A stretch of DNA of 64,000 nt from Paragordius varius (lineage: Eukaryota > Animalia > Nematomorpha): assembly GCA_964247055.1 (NCBI GenBank), contig OZ176059.1:1178001-1242000 (forward strand). Direction: 5' to 3'. The notes beneath the pieces are model-generated. The model saw only the letters and a list, made by a program, of their open reading frames with translations, ran no database searches and was not told where the DNA came from. Shown in pieces: positions 14,701 through 26,500 of the stretch (the stretch's first letter is position 1; every line of letters starts with the position of its first letter). Position numbers and translations under genes: made by a program.

Positions 14701-17700
14701 GCCGATTTTCTGTTGGACTGGATGGGGAGTTACGCGTTACTGATGTGACATCATTTGACCAAGGTTATTACGTGTGTTCAGCCCTGAGTGTAGCGGGTAG
14801 TTCTATTGCTAAAGCCTATCTTGAAGTAATCAGTAGCAGCAGCAGTAATACTAAAATAATTGATGATACAATTAAACAAGCCGGCTCCCAAGATAAAGCC
14901 CAGGAGGAGGGGATAGAAACACCCTTTGATAATGATTTCAATAGTAGATATAAGGGTGAAAACGGACAAAATCAAACGGATAACATTGAGAATCTTACCT
15001 ATTTAACCGCGCGTGATAATGTAGCAAGACGGAATGTACGGGTTAGACCATTACCATATCATCCACCCATTATAACACGCGGACCGGTTAATCAAACGCT
15101 CCCGCCTCACACCGATGCCCTACAACCGTGTGTTGTGTTGGGAAAACATAAAAAAATGAACAACCCCAACCCTAAGCCTGGCGAATACAAAAGCGGAAAC
15201 AAAGCCATAACACATTATCGAAAAATGAAATTCGAAGGTATTTACCCTACATTTATATGTTTTCATTTATAAAATAAATATTTTTACGCATCTATTTTGT
15301 ATCTATATATTATAATAGCTTCAGAACCTAATGTGACCTGGTTCAAAGGAGATGCTGAAATAGTAAAATCTTCGGCTCGCTACAAAATTCTCCCTGATGG
15401 AAGCCTACAAATATTAGGTTAATATACTTTACGGCCATATTGATTTTTAAATTTTGAAACCAAAATAAATTCGAAATTATTATAATGAAATATATTGCCT
15501 TTTAAAGAGTTACCTCTTTATACCATAAAATGTTTGTACAACTCTAATGTTAATGTAAATTTTTGAACAAATATCTTATAAAACAATCTTGTAACATGTA
15601 TACATATATAATCATCATAGATTTGCGTATTGAAGATAGCAATATATATACATGTTATGTCACCACAACCATACATGGCCCACCCATCATCAAGCCTAAA
15701 ACAGTCCAGACTTCTTTAACGCTAGCTACTTCATGGTCTGGCGCTCTATGGGTTAAACCGAATTCACCCGTCCTAGATGGTACATTGCAAGCAATCAACA
15801 ACAATAATAACAATGTTGAATACAATCGTATCCCTGAAGCATACACATTACCAGGCATACCTGGGAAACCGGAATTATTAACCATGATCCACGGTGCTAA
15901 AGGTAAGATTTGTATTTATTTCCAAATTTTAAATCAGGTATAGTTTAATTTTATTGCATTGAAACTGCTTATCTTATCTATTCCATGATATTGTTAGCTA
16001 TATTATTGTATTTGTGTATGGCAAAACCTAATTTGTTTGTATATTTTAGGACCTATGGCGGTAACACAGAATACCATATCTATTGTATGGCGTGCCGTGT
16101 CAGAAAATGAAAAAGGAAGTTCCCAAATTTTAGGTATTATTTTTCTCTATTCTCCATCTTCTAGAAATTAAGAAAAATGTAAATTTTCCATTAAATTTTG
16201 ATTGGTATGTAATATTAGTAACATATTTTACTAAGATTTGATGTTTTTGGGGAAAATTATTCCGAAATATCAAATTTTATGGAAAACATAACTTTTAATA
16301 GCTTTTTTTGGATTCTTCTGATAGATTTTATATTTATTCTTCATCTATAAAGGTTACATGATTGAATATTTCACACCATCGGACGCAGAGTCAGGATGGG
16401 TTGTTGCGGCCCGCCGACAGCAGGGAAGGCGTGTTCACGTGACCACAGACCTAAAATCAGGCACCTCCAACCACGTGACCGTTAATGTCACCCAACTATT
16501 GAGCGGAACTGGCTATGCTTTTTTAGTCCGTGCCGAAAATGCGTATGGTTTGGGACCTCCGAGCCCGGTTTCTGACTTAATTTATACCCTGGATTCACCT
16601 TTTATCCTGGACAATGATGGTATATCTTTTTCAACACTCTTTAATACATTTTTGTACCATAACTGTTTATTTAGTTAAGGGAAAAAGTAAATGATAAAAC
16701 AAATCAAAATTATGCAGACAAAACGTAAAAACAGACATATATTTTCTTTCAAAAGAGATTAACATACTCTTTCAAACTTTGATTTTTCTACTTAAAAATA
16801 ATCCCAATAAAATATATAATTGAGTGTCCTAGTAATTTACATCGCTAATTACATTTCGCATACCTCTTTTTTTTCAATATTTGTCTTTTAGTTGTCACCA
16901 ATTATTTGAGTGATTTAAATTTTACTGTTTAAAATTTAAAAAAAATGTGATTTCGAATGTTTTAGTCAATCAAAAATCCGAAAATCATGAAGAACTTTCA
17001 CGGGCCCGCTATATACTCGATCAACCAAACATTATATTGCTTAAAGAACCTCAACCCCTTTCATCAACGGCTATTAAATTGGAATGGGAGGTAATATTCG
17101 CTTATATATATTATATTGGTCATTAATTATCTGCTCTTTTACATACCTTGAATAAAAATATTGCTAGCATCATTTTACATATTGTTAGGAGATATATTAA
17201 TAATATTTTTGTATGCCCCCCCCCCCCTTCCCCCATTTAGGTAAGTAAATCACAACAGAATAATTTGGCATACATACAAGGCTTTTACATAAAGTATCGT
17301 TTAATTCGCCCAAAAACTCTTTCTATCACTGACAATCCACAATCCCAACAATCCCTAACTGGTCAACAAACTCGGCTACCATTTCAAACCATAACCCTGA
17401 TGGACAATACATTACACAATTTTGTCGTAGATAATCTTAGGCCATGGGCACCCTATGAATTTGTAATTGCACCATTTTACGATGCTATTGAAGGATGGAA
17501 TACCCCGCCCCAGCTTGCATGGACCTTGGAAGATGGTATTGTTATTGTATTTTTAATATGTGTGATATTTTTAAAATGCGAATATAATTATGACATTTTT
17601 ATTGTAATTTAGATTAAATGTGCTGTTTTTAGTCATTTCTTCACCTAAAATTATGATTAACTAATAAAAATTTAATATCGTCCAATTATGTGAGATAATT

Positions 17701-20700
17701 CTTTTCGTAAGTGTGCAATTGACTGTTTTTTCACATTATCATCACTGTTAATTGTCAATAAAATTTAATTATATTTAGCTCCATCCGGTCCACCTTTAAG
17801 CTTTAACGGCCAAGTTGTAAATAATTCACACGACAATAATGATATTGGAATCGCTTCCGATCCCAACACAGCAAAGTCACCATTGATTTTTGTGAAATGG
17901 CGACGGCCCTATTTTAGCCGACAAAATGGTCGCTTACGTGGATATCGACTGCAAGCTTTCTACATTGCTAATCCGTCTTCGTCATTTTCTTCCCACATTA
18001 ATAATAATAAAAATCAAGCTGGGAACCAAGTATTATCTTTGGACAAGACACAAAAATCAAAATTAGATATATTGATCAGGGAAGAACCTTTTGTTTCTCT
18101 GGAGCGTGTTGTGAATACCAGTACAATGTCAATCGTTATGGATCCTATGGAACTATTTCAACACGGTTATATCAAAGTGAATGGATCCATTTTTAACATG
18201 GAAACATATGGAAAAGGCGGTAAAGGAGGAGAAGGCCTGGAAAATTTAATGATAAATAATGATGGTATTATACGGATTCGTGTTGCAGCATTTACAAATG
18301 CGGGTGTTGGTCCTTACACGACACCCATTGATTTTGCATTTAAACCGGTATCATCCAATAGAGAAATATCATTTACAAATGGCAATCTCAATAATAATAA
18401 ATTCTCATATACTTTAACACTTATGGCTGGTTATGTTAAAGCTCATGATCCTAATCTTGAAAATCACCAAAAAATGCGCGATGATGATGATGATAATATA
18501 AATGATCCATATTACCTTGATAATAATAATGAATACTATTATAATCCAGGAGAATATTCTGGACCCCATAACACTGATGACAATATGGATTATGAATCTA
18601 AACCTTTTCCAATCATGACGCGAAAACTGAACGCTTTTTCACACCTTTCGGCCCGTTGGTTAATAGGTTTTGGTGTGGGCTTAGGTTGGATAGGGATCCT
18701 TACACTCATACTTTTAACGTATCGAAAGTTTGTGGGACTATCACAACAACACACCTCTCTTATGCACAAACGAAGTGGCAAAGATAATTTTTGTACCTAC
18801 TTAATCCACACATGGTCCGGTTATTGCTGTATAAGCAAAAGTCCTGGCAAGAACAAAAATGTCTCTACCACGGTCGGACACATGCAACAGCGACAATCAA
18901 AACATGTGTATGATCCATCAAACATGGTTAAGAAGACATATCATGCCCCCATAGGGAACAATAACGATGAACATAAGGGTTCATCCCCATCCCCATCATA
19001 CTGTTATTGGAATTGGAAAAATGAAAAATCTTCAACAACGAATGGAAAGGTAACCACATCCGTAGTTATGATCCCTTGTTCAAATGGCACACAAATCGAT
19101 GATTCTCTTTCATCATCGAATGGCGGGCAAACAAATCTTTCACCACCACCATGCCAAATCTATACCAATAAACGTAATAACGTTATGTCAACGATGGAAC
19201 AGCCAACACTAACCAAAATAATGGATCATAGTGAAAATCTTTTGATCGATGATATGACTGACGTTTGTCATGCTGCTGCTAACAATACCAACAAAAGTAA
19301 TACAAACAACATACAATATGCATTTGTGGCTGACAATAATTATAATTGTGACAATCAAGATCCGTTTACTTTGAAAAGGTGCTCAGATCGGAAATTAAAC
19401 GAGAAAATAGCAGTCGCAGCACAAAACAGCACAAATAATAATCCCAAAAATAATGGGCAAAATATAACATTATCATTGGGTCGGAATCAAAAAGGTGAGC
19501 CAGAATATAACGATGGGAGAAACAATTATCACGATGAATATGGCTTGCAAGATTCCTTACACATTCAACAACTACAGCATAGACAACAACCAAATCATTA
19601 CTATTATTTTCATACCCTTTCGGGCGGTCACCATGCTAACTTGGACACAGCTAAAAATATGGTTATACCCATGATACCACCACCACCAACACAATCTTTA
19701 ACACATACGCAACCGCTTTACCCAAACCACAATCCTGATTTGGGACCGGGAATGAATAACACACATAATACAAACATAAATAATGTGTATTTCAGCGCAC
19801 AAGATAATAATCATGAATCGATCAATCGCAATCATCAACCAGCAGGTATTTTTCAAAAATTATGGGTTATGTTTGATAAAAGGAAAAGAAATAAACGTGA
19901 TAATGAACGAAAGGAGTATGGCTTTGGTCGTTCAGCAGTCAACAATTTAACTGCCCAAAACGAGGTAGCTCTCAATTTGTATTGGCAACAAGCACTATTA
20001 GCTCAACAAAGACATCCAACAAACAACCCATCTGACCCATCACATTTGATAAATGGTCCAGGTTATTATGTCACCGCAACGCCTTATGACAAAAATGCAA
20101 TGGGAAACGTAAATTTCATGCCCAACGTAGTTGGTTTCGATCGTGATGGAAAACCTTGTTACAAATCATTGGAGGCGCCAGAAACTGCAATAAATTTCAA
20201 TACTAAATCATCATGCATGATACCAAATGTACCACCAGCAGCAGCTTATTACTATCCTTTACCCCCGTTACAACAACAACAGCAACAACTAAACGATGGA
20301 AATTACCATATACAACGACAAGCTAATGGTTCAACACTCTCCAATCCCTATTATCGACCTTACTCTGCCCTTCTATGTTATAATAACGCAAATGTTAAAG
20401 ATTACCCTTCATGGGCGACCACTGCCCAGTATCACAACTATATGGATATTAATGATATCCATATGGTTAATGCGACACCATGTGGAAATTCACAAAGAAA
20501 ACGGCAACAAATGACGATGCCACCTACTAACCATGACAGAGGTGCTCAAACCAACCAACCGACAGAAACGGAAAGTGACGATAATGATGCCCATTTAGCT
20601 ACCACAAGTTTTGATGAGATTCATTCTTCTGGTTCTGATTCACCCCCTGTACTAAAGCCAGACACTAACATATCTCAAGGAAATAACACTACAAATACCA

Positions 20701-21353
20701 CTACACCATTCCTTTACCAATACTATTATTACGATGATAAAAGGGGAACCAATAATACAGGAGGCACATATTATCCCACGAATCCTGCATGTCCTGGTAT
20801 ATGGGTCCCTCCTCCCTGTATACCTCCCCCACCTCCTCCAGCTTCTACGTTACCACCCGTACCTGGTAACAATATGAGAATGCCCGTTGATGTTAACAAT
20901 AATAAAAATAAAAACAGCGGTAAAAAAAGCGTTGCAAATTCCAAAGGAATGAATAGTAAGTCAACAAACAAGGCTAAAAGGAAGAAAAATGATGGTAATA
21001 CATCTGCTAATAATTCCACTTCAAAGAAGATTAGTAACGACAATAATAATAATCTCATTCTGTTAGACATTGACGATAATCACAATAGTATTGCAACTCA
21101 AAACAATACAAATGATAAGGATAATTTATTTTTGGGCAATTTAGTAGCTTCTAGTTCCAAACTCAATGAGAATAATATATTTAATCAAACTATTATCAAT
21201 CATCATAAAAATTTTGAATTAATCGATGAAAGTATGAATTCGGTTAATAATAAAAATATTGGCCGTTCGAAACAAAACAACCCCCTACAACCTCCTATTT
21301 ATGAAACGCCACAACAATTGATGGCTATTGGCGAGCGGTCAAAACTGTATTAA
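3495..21353 (+). CDS. robo: Roundabout/SAX-3 family Slit receptor (signal peptide, 5 Ig, 3 FN3, TM, long cytoplasmic tail), 14 coding exons, about 2286 aa
   Basis: Exons with matching phases: 3495-3576 (putative signal-peptide exon, least certain), 8770-8906, 11930-12140 (weak GTTCTT donor), 12700-13029, 13105-13500, 13789-14157, 14629-15237, 15319-15417, 15621-15902, 16050-16133, 16353-16619, 16966-17090, 17241-17535, 17779-21353. Total 6861 nt = 2287 codons. Robo-like motifs: Ig1 PLILEHPRD..TLVCKADGNP..TWFKN; Ig4 GNPTPSVYWTRE..LWFP..GRFSVGLDGELRVTDV..DQGYYVCSALSVAGS; Ig5 PPIITRGPVNQTL; FN3-1 GYMIEYFTP..SGWVVAA..YAFLVRAENAYG; TM WLIGFGVGLGWIGILTLILLTY; PSWATT (CC1-like) and a polyproline motif (CC2/3-like). 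Confidence 0.92.
5490..5608. mobile_element. Tc1/mariner-type MITE, TA|CAGTAGCGTATGG family
   Basis: About 35-bp near-perfect TIRs with TA on both sides. Confidence 0.75.
7024..7158. mobile_element. Second TA|CAGTAGCGTATGG MITE
   Basis: CAGTAGCGTATGGCATAAAACAATG ... CATTGTTTTATGCCATACGCCACTG, flanked by TA. A lone right end of the same family lies at about 1421-1442. Confidence 0.75.
7741..7798. repeat. Perfect 29-bp tandem duplication
   Basis: AATAGTCAAATCTAATAATAAAGAATGAA occurs twice in tandem. Confidence 0.9.
7973..8016. repeat. (TA)n microsatellite; others at about 8672-8714, 29939-29961, 32316-32342 and 46314-46339
   Basis: Directly visible dinucleotide runs. Confidence 0.95.
9533..11827 (-). 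mobile_element. Young 5'-truncated RTE-clade non-LTR retrotransposon in robo intron 2 (antisense)
   Basis: Perfect 13-bp TSD TATTTCCCGATAT at 9520-9532 and 11828-11840. The uninterrupted ORF has RT motifs (QFAF..GKSTIDPIF, FVDLEKAYD, GLHQGSVLSP, LYADD, FPYLG, YATETW, RLRYYGHIQR) and begins at the TQHKVL end of the AP endonuclease. The stop at 9546-9548 is followed by a 13-nt AATGAATGGATGG microsatellite-like tail. Confidence 0.93.
9546..11702 (-). CDS. RTE reverse transcriptase ORF with inserted PHD-like C4HC3 finger
   Basis: 718-aa ORF, open further upstream to the truncation point. YADD is near 10452-10463. C-x2-C-x10-C-x2-C-x4-H-x2-C-x14-C-x2-C lies at about 10173-10304. Confidence 0.9.
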   Translation of the reverse strand: MNNFKKSLNLNIDNLDVEDSWQSLRSNTIENVEKWCGRRKSKAQKKWWWDDAIKPLLKEKARLYKKWKKSKTENDKSEYYKYNKKVQKEINKLMNEKAKDTADKLEKEIQNNKIFKHMKLYNNNKKDIPTIKCIKDNNNNLQIQPELIKSIWQKYMEQNLNNPLTPIINSDRDPCCGPLNTFTIQEIEIALDQMKSNKASGPSEQCFDIIKLIPNITMLLTNLFNKIIVEMKIPKDWEKSIIFPIFKNKGDILTCSSYRPLKLLEHGLKIFEMCLKNRIVQLISINPMQFAFSAGKSTIDPIFLLRQLQDKYRAKGRKLFHLFVDLEKAYDSVPRALIIESLRYNNVDEYTIKLIMLIYTNSISCVLTPVGNSEYFSINTGLHQGSVLSPLLFITIIDYITKDMREGLPYEILYADDLIITAEDISILENKYLIWSKQLHKYGLKINTNKTKILITGDEHKTIKFPCPVCTTEVKLNSLCCTKCRNWVHKKCSNIKGKLINNNNFICTPCASSIPLPIPNSRTLNFNGDKLEVVTSFPYLGDYIASDGSLRDAISHRIRQGWAKFNQLKYILTNKNIKSNHKIKIYKMGIRPAMTYATETWALTATDLNRLTRAENHMLKICNNNFDNTIEEDEPIALFIQRNRLRYYGHIQRMNSDNWVQKIQHLNIPGPNRKGRPKLTWSKQLTQDLSHFNIEHEQVFDRTLFRKLVHGNPRYPGT

Positions 21354-21964
21354 ATAACATCAAAATTTTAAAGATTGTAAAAATATGTTAATTTTATAGT
21401 TGAGAAACTATATTATAGAGTCAAAAATATTACATGCATTTTTATACAGTTGTTTGTTAAATATTGATTTGTTTGTATTATTAACAAAAAAATTATACTC
21501 CTTTTTTTATAGCTATGTTTCCATGCGAAACTGCAATCTTAATTTTTCAACATTAGTTTACATACCCAATCATCCATGTGTAAAAAAATGTTATAGTAGG
21601 GAAAATTACAATTAATTTTTTTGATATGGATCGCAACCTTATGTATCATTATTGCGTTTATTTGTTATAAAATATATTCTCATAAAGATATTATTATTAT
21701 TATAATTATATTTTTTTAATCATTGGTTAATATTATTGCTACTGCTCTTTAGTGTATAGTAATTTACATAAAATACGTTAAAAATAAATGTTGTTAATTT
21801 CAAAATATATATTTTTGTTTTCAGACACTAATTTTGAGCCCCTAAGCTCAATGGCAAAAACCAATACACCGCCAAACTCTACGGCTTAAAACTTTCACAG
21901 CCCTTATGTATGAAAATATTTAATTTTTAAGTTCCTTTTTTTCTTTAGTATATTTAGTATAGTT

Positions 21965-22600
21965 GGGTATGCCACGCCGCCATGCTTTTTAAATAGTACC
22001 GATATTAAAAGAACACATCATCCATTTATCCTGTAACAAAGACGCTCGGCCAATATCGTTTTGCACATGGCAATAGAGAAGGTCTAAAATATTAAAACTT
22101 CGCCCTTGAATTATTATTCGATAGGATACGATAAGGCCTTGGAAATTCCTACTAATAAACACTGCCACTTTCTAATTACACATACAAGCGCTGAAATTTA
22201 AAAATTTATTCATTTCCCCATAATAAGCAAATTCCTAGTATCGACTGCAGACTAAACATCCGCAAGCGATTTTTGCCAAAGACGGACGCTAAATGTCGGA
22301 GATAAGCACTCTCCATTACAAAGTACATTTTTCCAACTCACCAAGTACAAACTTCGAAACTGCGCAATTTTTCCATCATCACTGTGAGTTCAGTAGTGGA
22401 CAGGCAAGTGGCAAAGATTTCAAGAGATTTTTATAAAATTTAGGTCTAAAAGGAAAATTTTGACATATCAACTGAAACATATTAGTGAGGTTAGATATGC
22501 CCACGGACCATAAATATTTCTTTACTGATAATCCCGGCTCCATGATACCCTTTTTGGATAGGAATAATGCATTCAATATTGCTTATACCTTTTCCGTTTG
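21965..22600 (-). pseudogene. Decayed non-LTR reverse transcriptase fragment between the convergent robo and XPR1 3' ends
   Basis: GC-richer stretch. Frameshifted minus-strand translation gives IQKGY, VSVDMSKF..KSLEIF and SLYLVSWKNVLCNGE..PTFSV, resembling RT domains 2-4. Confidence 0.4.
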
Positions 22601-23595
22601 TTGGTAAAATAAAATGTTAATACCATCACGAGCATATGGAAATAGGCTTAAAGTTTTTTAGTATATGTAAAAATATGATATTTATACTAAATAATTCCCC
22701 CGCAAAAAAGATGGCCGGCTACATGGATTCTACTGCGTTAAACACCAGAGCAGGGATGGCCCCCGAGAAAAATTTGGGAATCTATAAATTATTAAAATAT
22801 GCTAACAAAATCTTAATATAATTGATATTTTCAAAACAAATTTATTAAATATGTTTATCCAATTGGCAAGAACTAGAAAAAAAATGCTATATTATGTTTG
22901 CATTTTACAGTTTTATGTTTGAAATTTAATAAATTTTTATGAAAGCCCATATGTATTTCGAACACGCGCCAGGTTTTTTGAGACAAAAATGCGGCCGAAC
23001 ATTTTTGTTGACACCCCTGCATTAGAGCATAATATAATTCCACAAACTGTTTATACAACTAGCGTAATAAATTGTGACTATTGATTTGATAAAAAAGTTA
23101 AATGTTGATGAGACTAATAATATGAATAAAAACAGGTCAATTTGAAAATGTAAGTATTTAGTCTTAAAACATAAACAATATTCAAAAGTTGTACATAAAG
23201 AAGACCCGACAATCTGGCATCTGATCAACAACAAAAAATCGGTATATAACAAAACTAAAATATCAAATAATAGGTAAAATAATGTATAAAAATTTATTCT
23301 CATATTGACCTAGCTCATTTTAAGTAATATAAAAAAAGGGAATAGAAATTGTATTGTCTCAAATGCATCCATTGTATACAATACATAAATGAGTGTGTGT
23401 ATGTGTGCATGTGTGACTGATCCACATAATTTTTACATTTAATTAATTATTATACATTATTATGTGTCATATAACAATTTTTTAACCATAAATAAAAGTA
23501 AAAAATATTTAACAATAAACAAACACAGATCATAGAATATCTTCACAACATAAAAAATTGTTGACATAGTCTTTATGAAATTTTTAGACTTTTAT

Positions 23596-26500
23596 TCAAA
23601 ACTTTACAGATGTCGACACTTTATCACTGCTAGGCGTAAGCTGTTCTGTTTCACAATTGGCATCTCCAGACAATGAATTGTTGGAAAAATCGTTGGATGT
23701 ACTTGCCGTTGTTAATAACTTTGTCGCATTATGCCTGTTAAGGGCCGTAATTGTGTTTATGTTAGCGTTGCTGTTTTTCTTTTGACGTTTTTTTCTGCCA
23801 TAAGATCCAGGCCCAGCATTGTTTAGTGCAATGATATCATCATCATTATCTTCATTATTTATAACATGATTTTCTGTGACGGTGGGTATTTTACTCAATT
23901 TTGCATACTTATTTTTTGATTTTTTTCGGTTTCGATTAGTGGTAATATTAGTAACACTAAGGTTATTGTCAACAAGTTTAGATTTTTCATTAGAAGGTAA
24001 CAAGACATCATCCAAAGTAGAAGTAGGTGGAGGTGTAGGCATAGGCATAGGATTATTAACATTAATAGAAAGGGGCCAAGATGCCTTTTTAACCGCCATT
24101 TTTTGACGTGGTTTATGGTGTCGCAATTTAAAGGACGTCGTTGTACTGTGCTTACCGCCGCTGGGACCTTTTTTGGACGGTTGAGCGAAAAATTCATTAA
24201 TGGGTACAAGGGGGGACGCAGTTTTTTGTTTGGTTGCTGTGAATGTGGTTAGAGGTGTAGGTATGGTAGCCATAGTTAACATATAATTTTTTCTAAGTTT
24301 TGTTAATAGTAACAAATATTATAGTAATAGGTGAGTATCAATTATATGAATAAGCATATTTTGTTTACAATAAAGTTATTGCGTTTTTTGTATAAAAGTT
24401 AGTTAAATGAGCAAAAAAATCGAAAAGTTAAATAACTGCTTTATTACGATACAAATGTAATCAAATTAATTTATGTACAAAAAAATTTAAAAAACATAGC
24501 TAATTTAATCTTGCATCAACTTAATATAAAATATCTCCTGCGTTATATTTAAACATATATAATTTTGGCATTAAAACTTTTATAACTGAATATTTTCCCC
24601 TCAAATTGTTGAAAATTGAATTGATCAGATAACAACCGTAAATAAAGCTAGGTAAAATAAGTTATATAAGGTATAGGCTACAAAAAGAGTTAATTTATAT
24701 GTTTTAGAGACATTATTAATTACCAGAGTTAATAGTTATTTTACCAATAAACACCAAGAAATATACCATTTTTCATGCAAAAACATCATTTTTTCAACCA
24801 AATGCAACATTTTTTCAACCAAACTCAACATTTTTCAAGCAAACGCATCATTTTTTCAAGCAAAGACAACATTTTTTCAAGCAAACGCAACATTTTTTCA
24901 TCCAAACGCAACATTTATTCAACCAAAGACAACATTTTTTTCAAGCAAAAACAACACTGTTTTTAAAATAAAAAAACAATTTTTTTATTTTAAGACATAT
25001 TAAATTTAAAGTTAATGTAAATTAATTTTAACGTAGAATTATCATTTTTATTGTTTTATCATTATTTGATGGTAAATTGATTGATCTTCAAACATCTTAA
25101 TTTAGCCCATAAATTTTATTTATTTATCAACAATAGTTTGACCTAATTAATCTACACAATTTGCGCTTTAAGAGTCTCAAGTTATCCTTCATAAAATTCC
25201 TTACATTTTTTGCAGTTTCCATACAATCGTTATTTTTGTGTGTAATTATCTATTTTTTAAAATGTTAATATCTCTATTTATAAGTATTTTTTGAATTAAA
25301 ATTAATATTTTCATAGTAAAACAGCTTTATTTGTTTAGGTAATTTTCTTTAATTTATCAATATTATAAATTTTTATTGTTTTAAACTAAATATTACGATC
25401 AATAACCCACAAAACGTAGATATAATATAGTTAATTTATAGAAAATAATACGGTTCTTATGAAAGAAATGTATTCACTTAAAGGTTTAAGTTATATAAAA
25501 AAATAGATTTAAAATGATTAAATAATGAATATTTTACTGCTTCATTAGTAAACGTTAGAATCAAAATTAAAATATTGAAGGACCAACTTGAAGTGTTCAA
25601 GAACACTCTTGAAGTGCAAATGTCATAAATGCAATTTATGGGCTAATTTAAAATGTTTGAAAATCAATTATACCATCAAATATTAATGATTCAACAATAA
25701 AAATCATCATTCCACATTAAAATTAATTTACATTAACTTTAAATTTATGATGTCTTAAAATAAAAAAATTGGTATTTTTATTTTAACCAAAAATGTTGTC
25801 TTTGGTTAAAAAAATGTTGCGTTTGGATGAAAAAATGTTGTCTTTGCTGGAAAAAATGTTGCGTTTGCTTGAAAAAATGTTGTCTTTGCTTAAAAAAATG
25901 TTGTCTTTGCTTAAAAAAATGTTGTCTTTGCTTAAAGAAATGTTGAGTTTGGTTGAAAAAATGTTGCATTTGGTTGAAAAAATGATGTTTTTGCATGAAA
26001 AATGGTATACTATATGGCTCCGAAATCGACAAATTTCAAAGGCCCATATATAATTTACTTAATCAAATATGTAGATAACCCAAAAAACGTCTCTCAACTC
26101 AGATGCAATCTTAAAATATATATAACCAATTTAAAAACTTAAGTTATCCATGCCTTAAACAAAAAAATTCAAAAATAGATCATTACTTAAATGCAGCCGC
26201 CAAAGCACCACTCAATGTTTGATTTGCATTATTGGAACTGAGATAAGGGTAATATTTGTTATTGTGATGATGACCGCTATTCCCAATCGTAATAGTATGA
26301 TAATTCTTTTGAAATGATAATGATGTGGCTGTTGTTTGATTTGGACCAAGATATACGGGAATTTTATATATAGATGAGTATTTATATGCCCCTTTACGGC
26401 CTACGGCATTCATGGAAGCGTCACCGGAACCAGCGCTCGGTCCTTGTTCTACTTTAGGGGGCGGTTTGGGTTTGGAATTAGAAACTACTACAGTAAAAAT

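Noticed and set aside
24775-26053. ORFs 24775-24966, 25778-26032 and 25793-26053 with repeated QHFF/KMLS units; superficially CRISPR-like repeats
   Set aside because: They are translations of the 21-bp tandem units in the foldback arms. There are no unique spacers and no cas genes, and the context is a eukaryotic intron.
26484-26489. NAGNAG (TAGTAG) tandem acceptor of XPR1 exon 16
   Set aside because: This is a common feature that changes one residue in a low-complexity tail.
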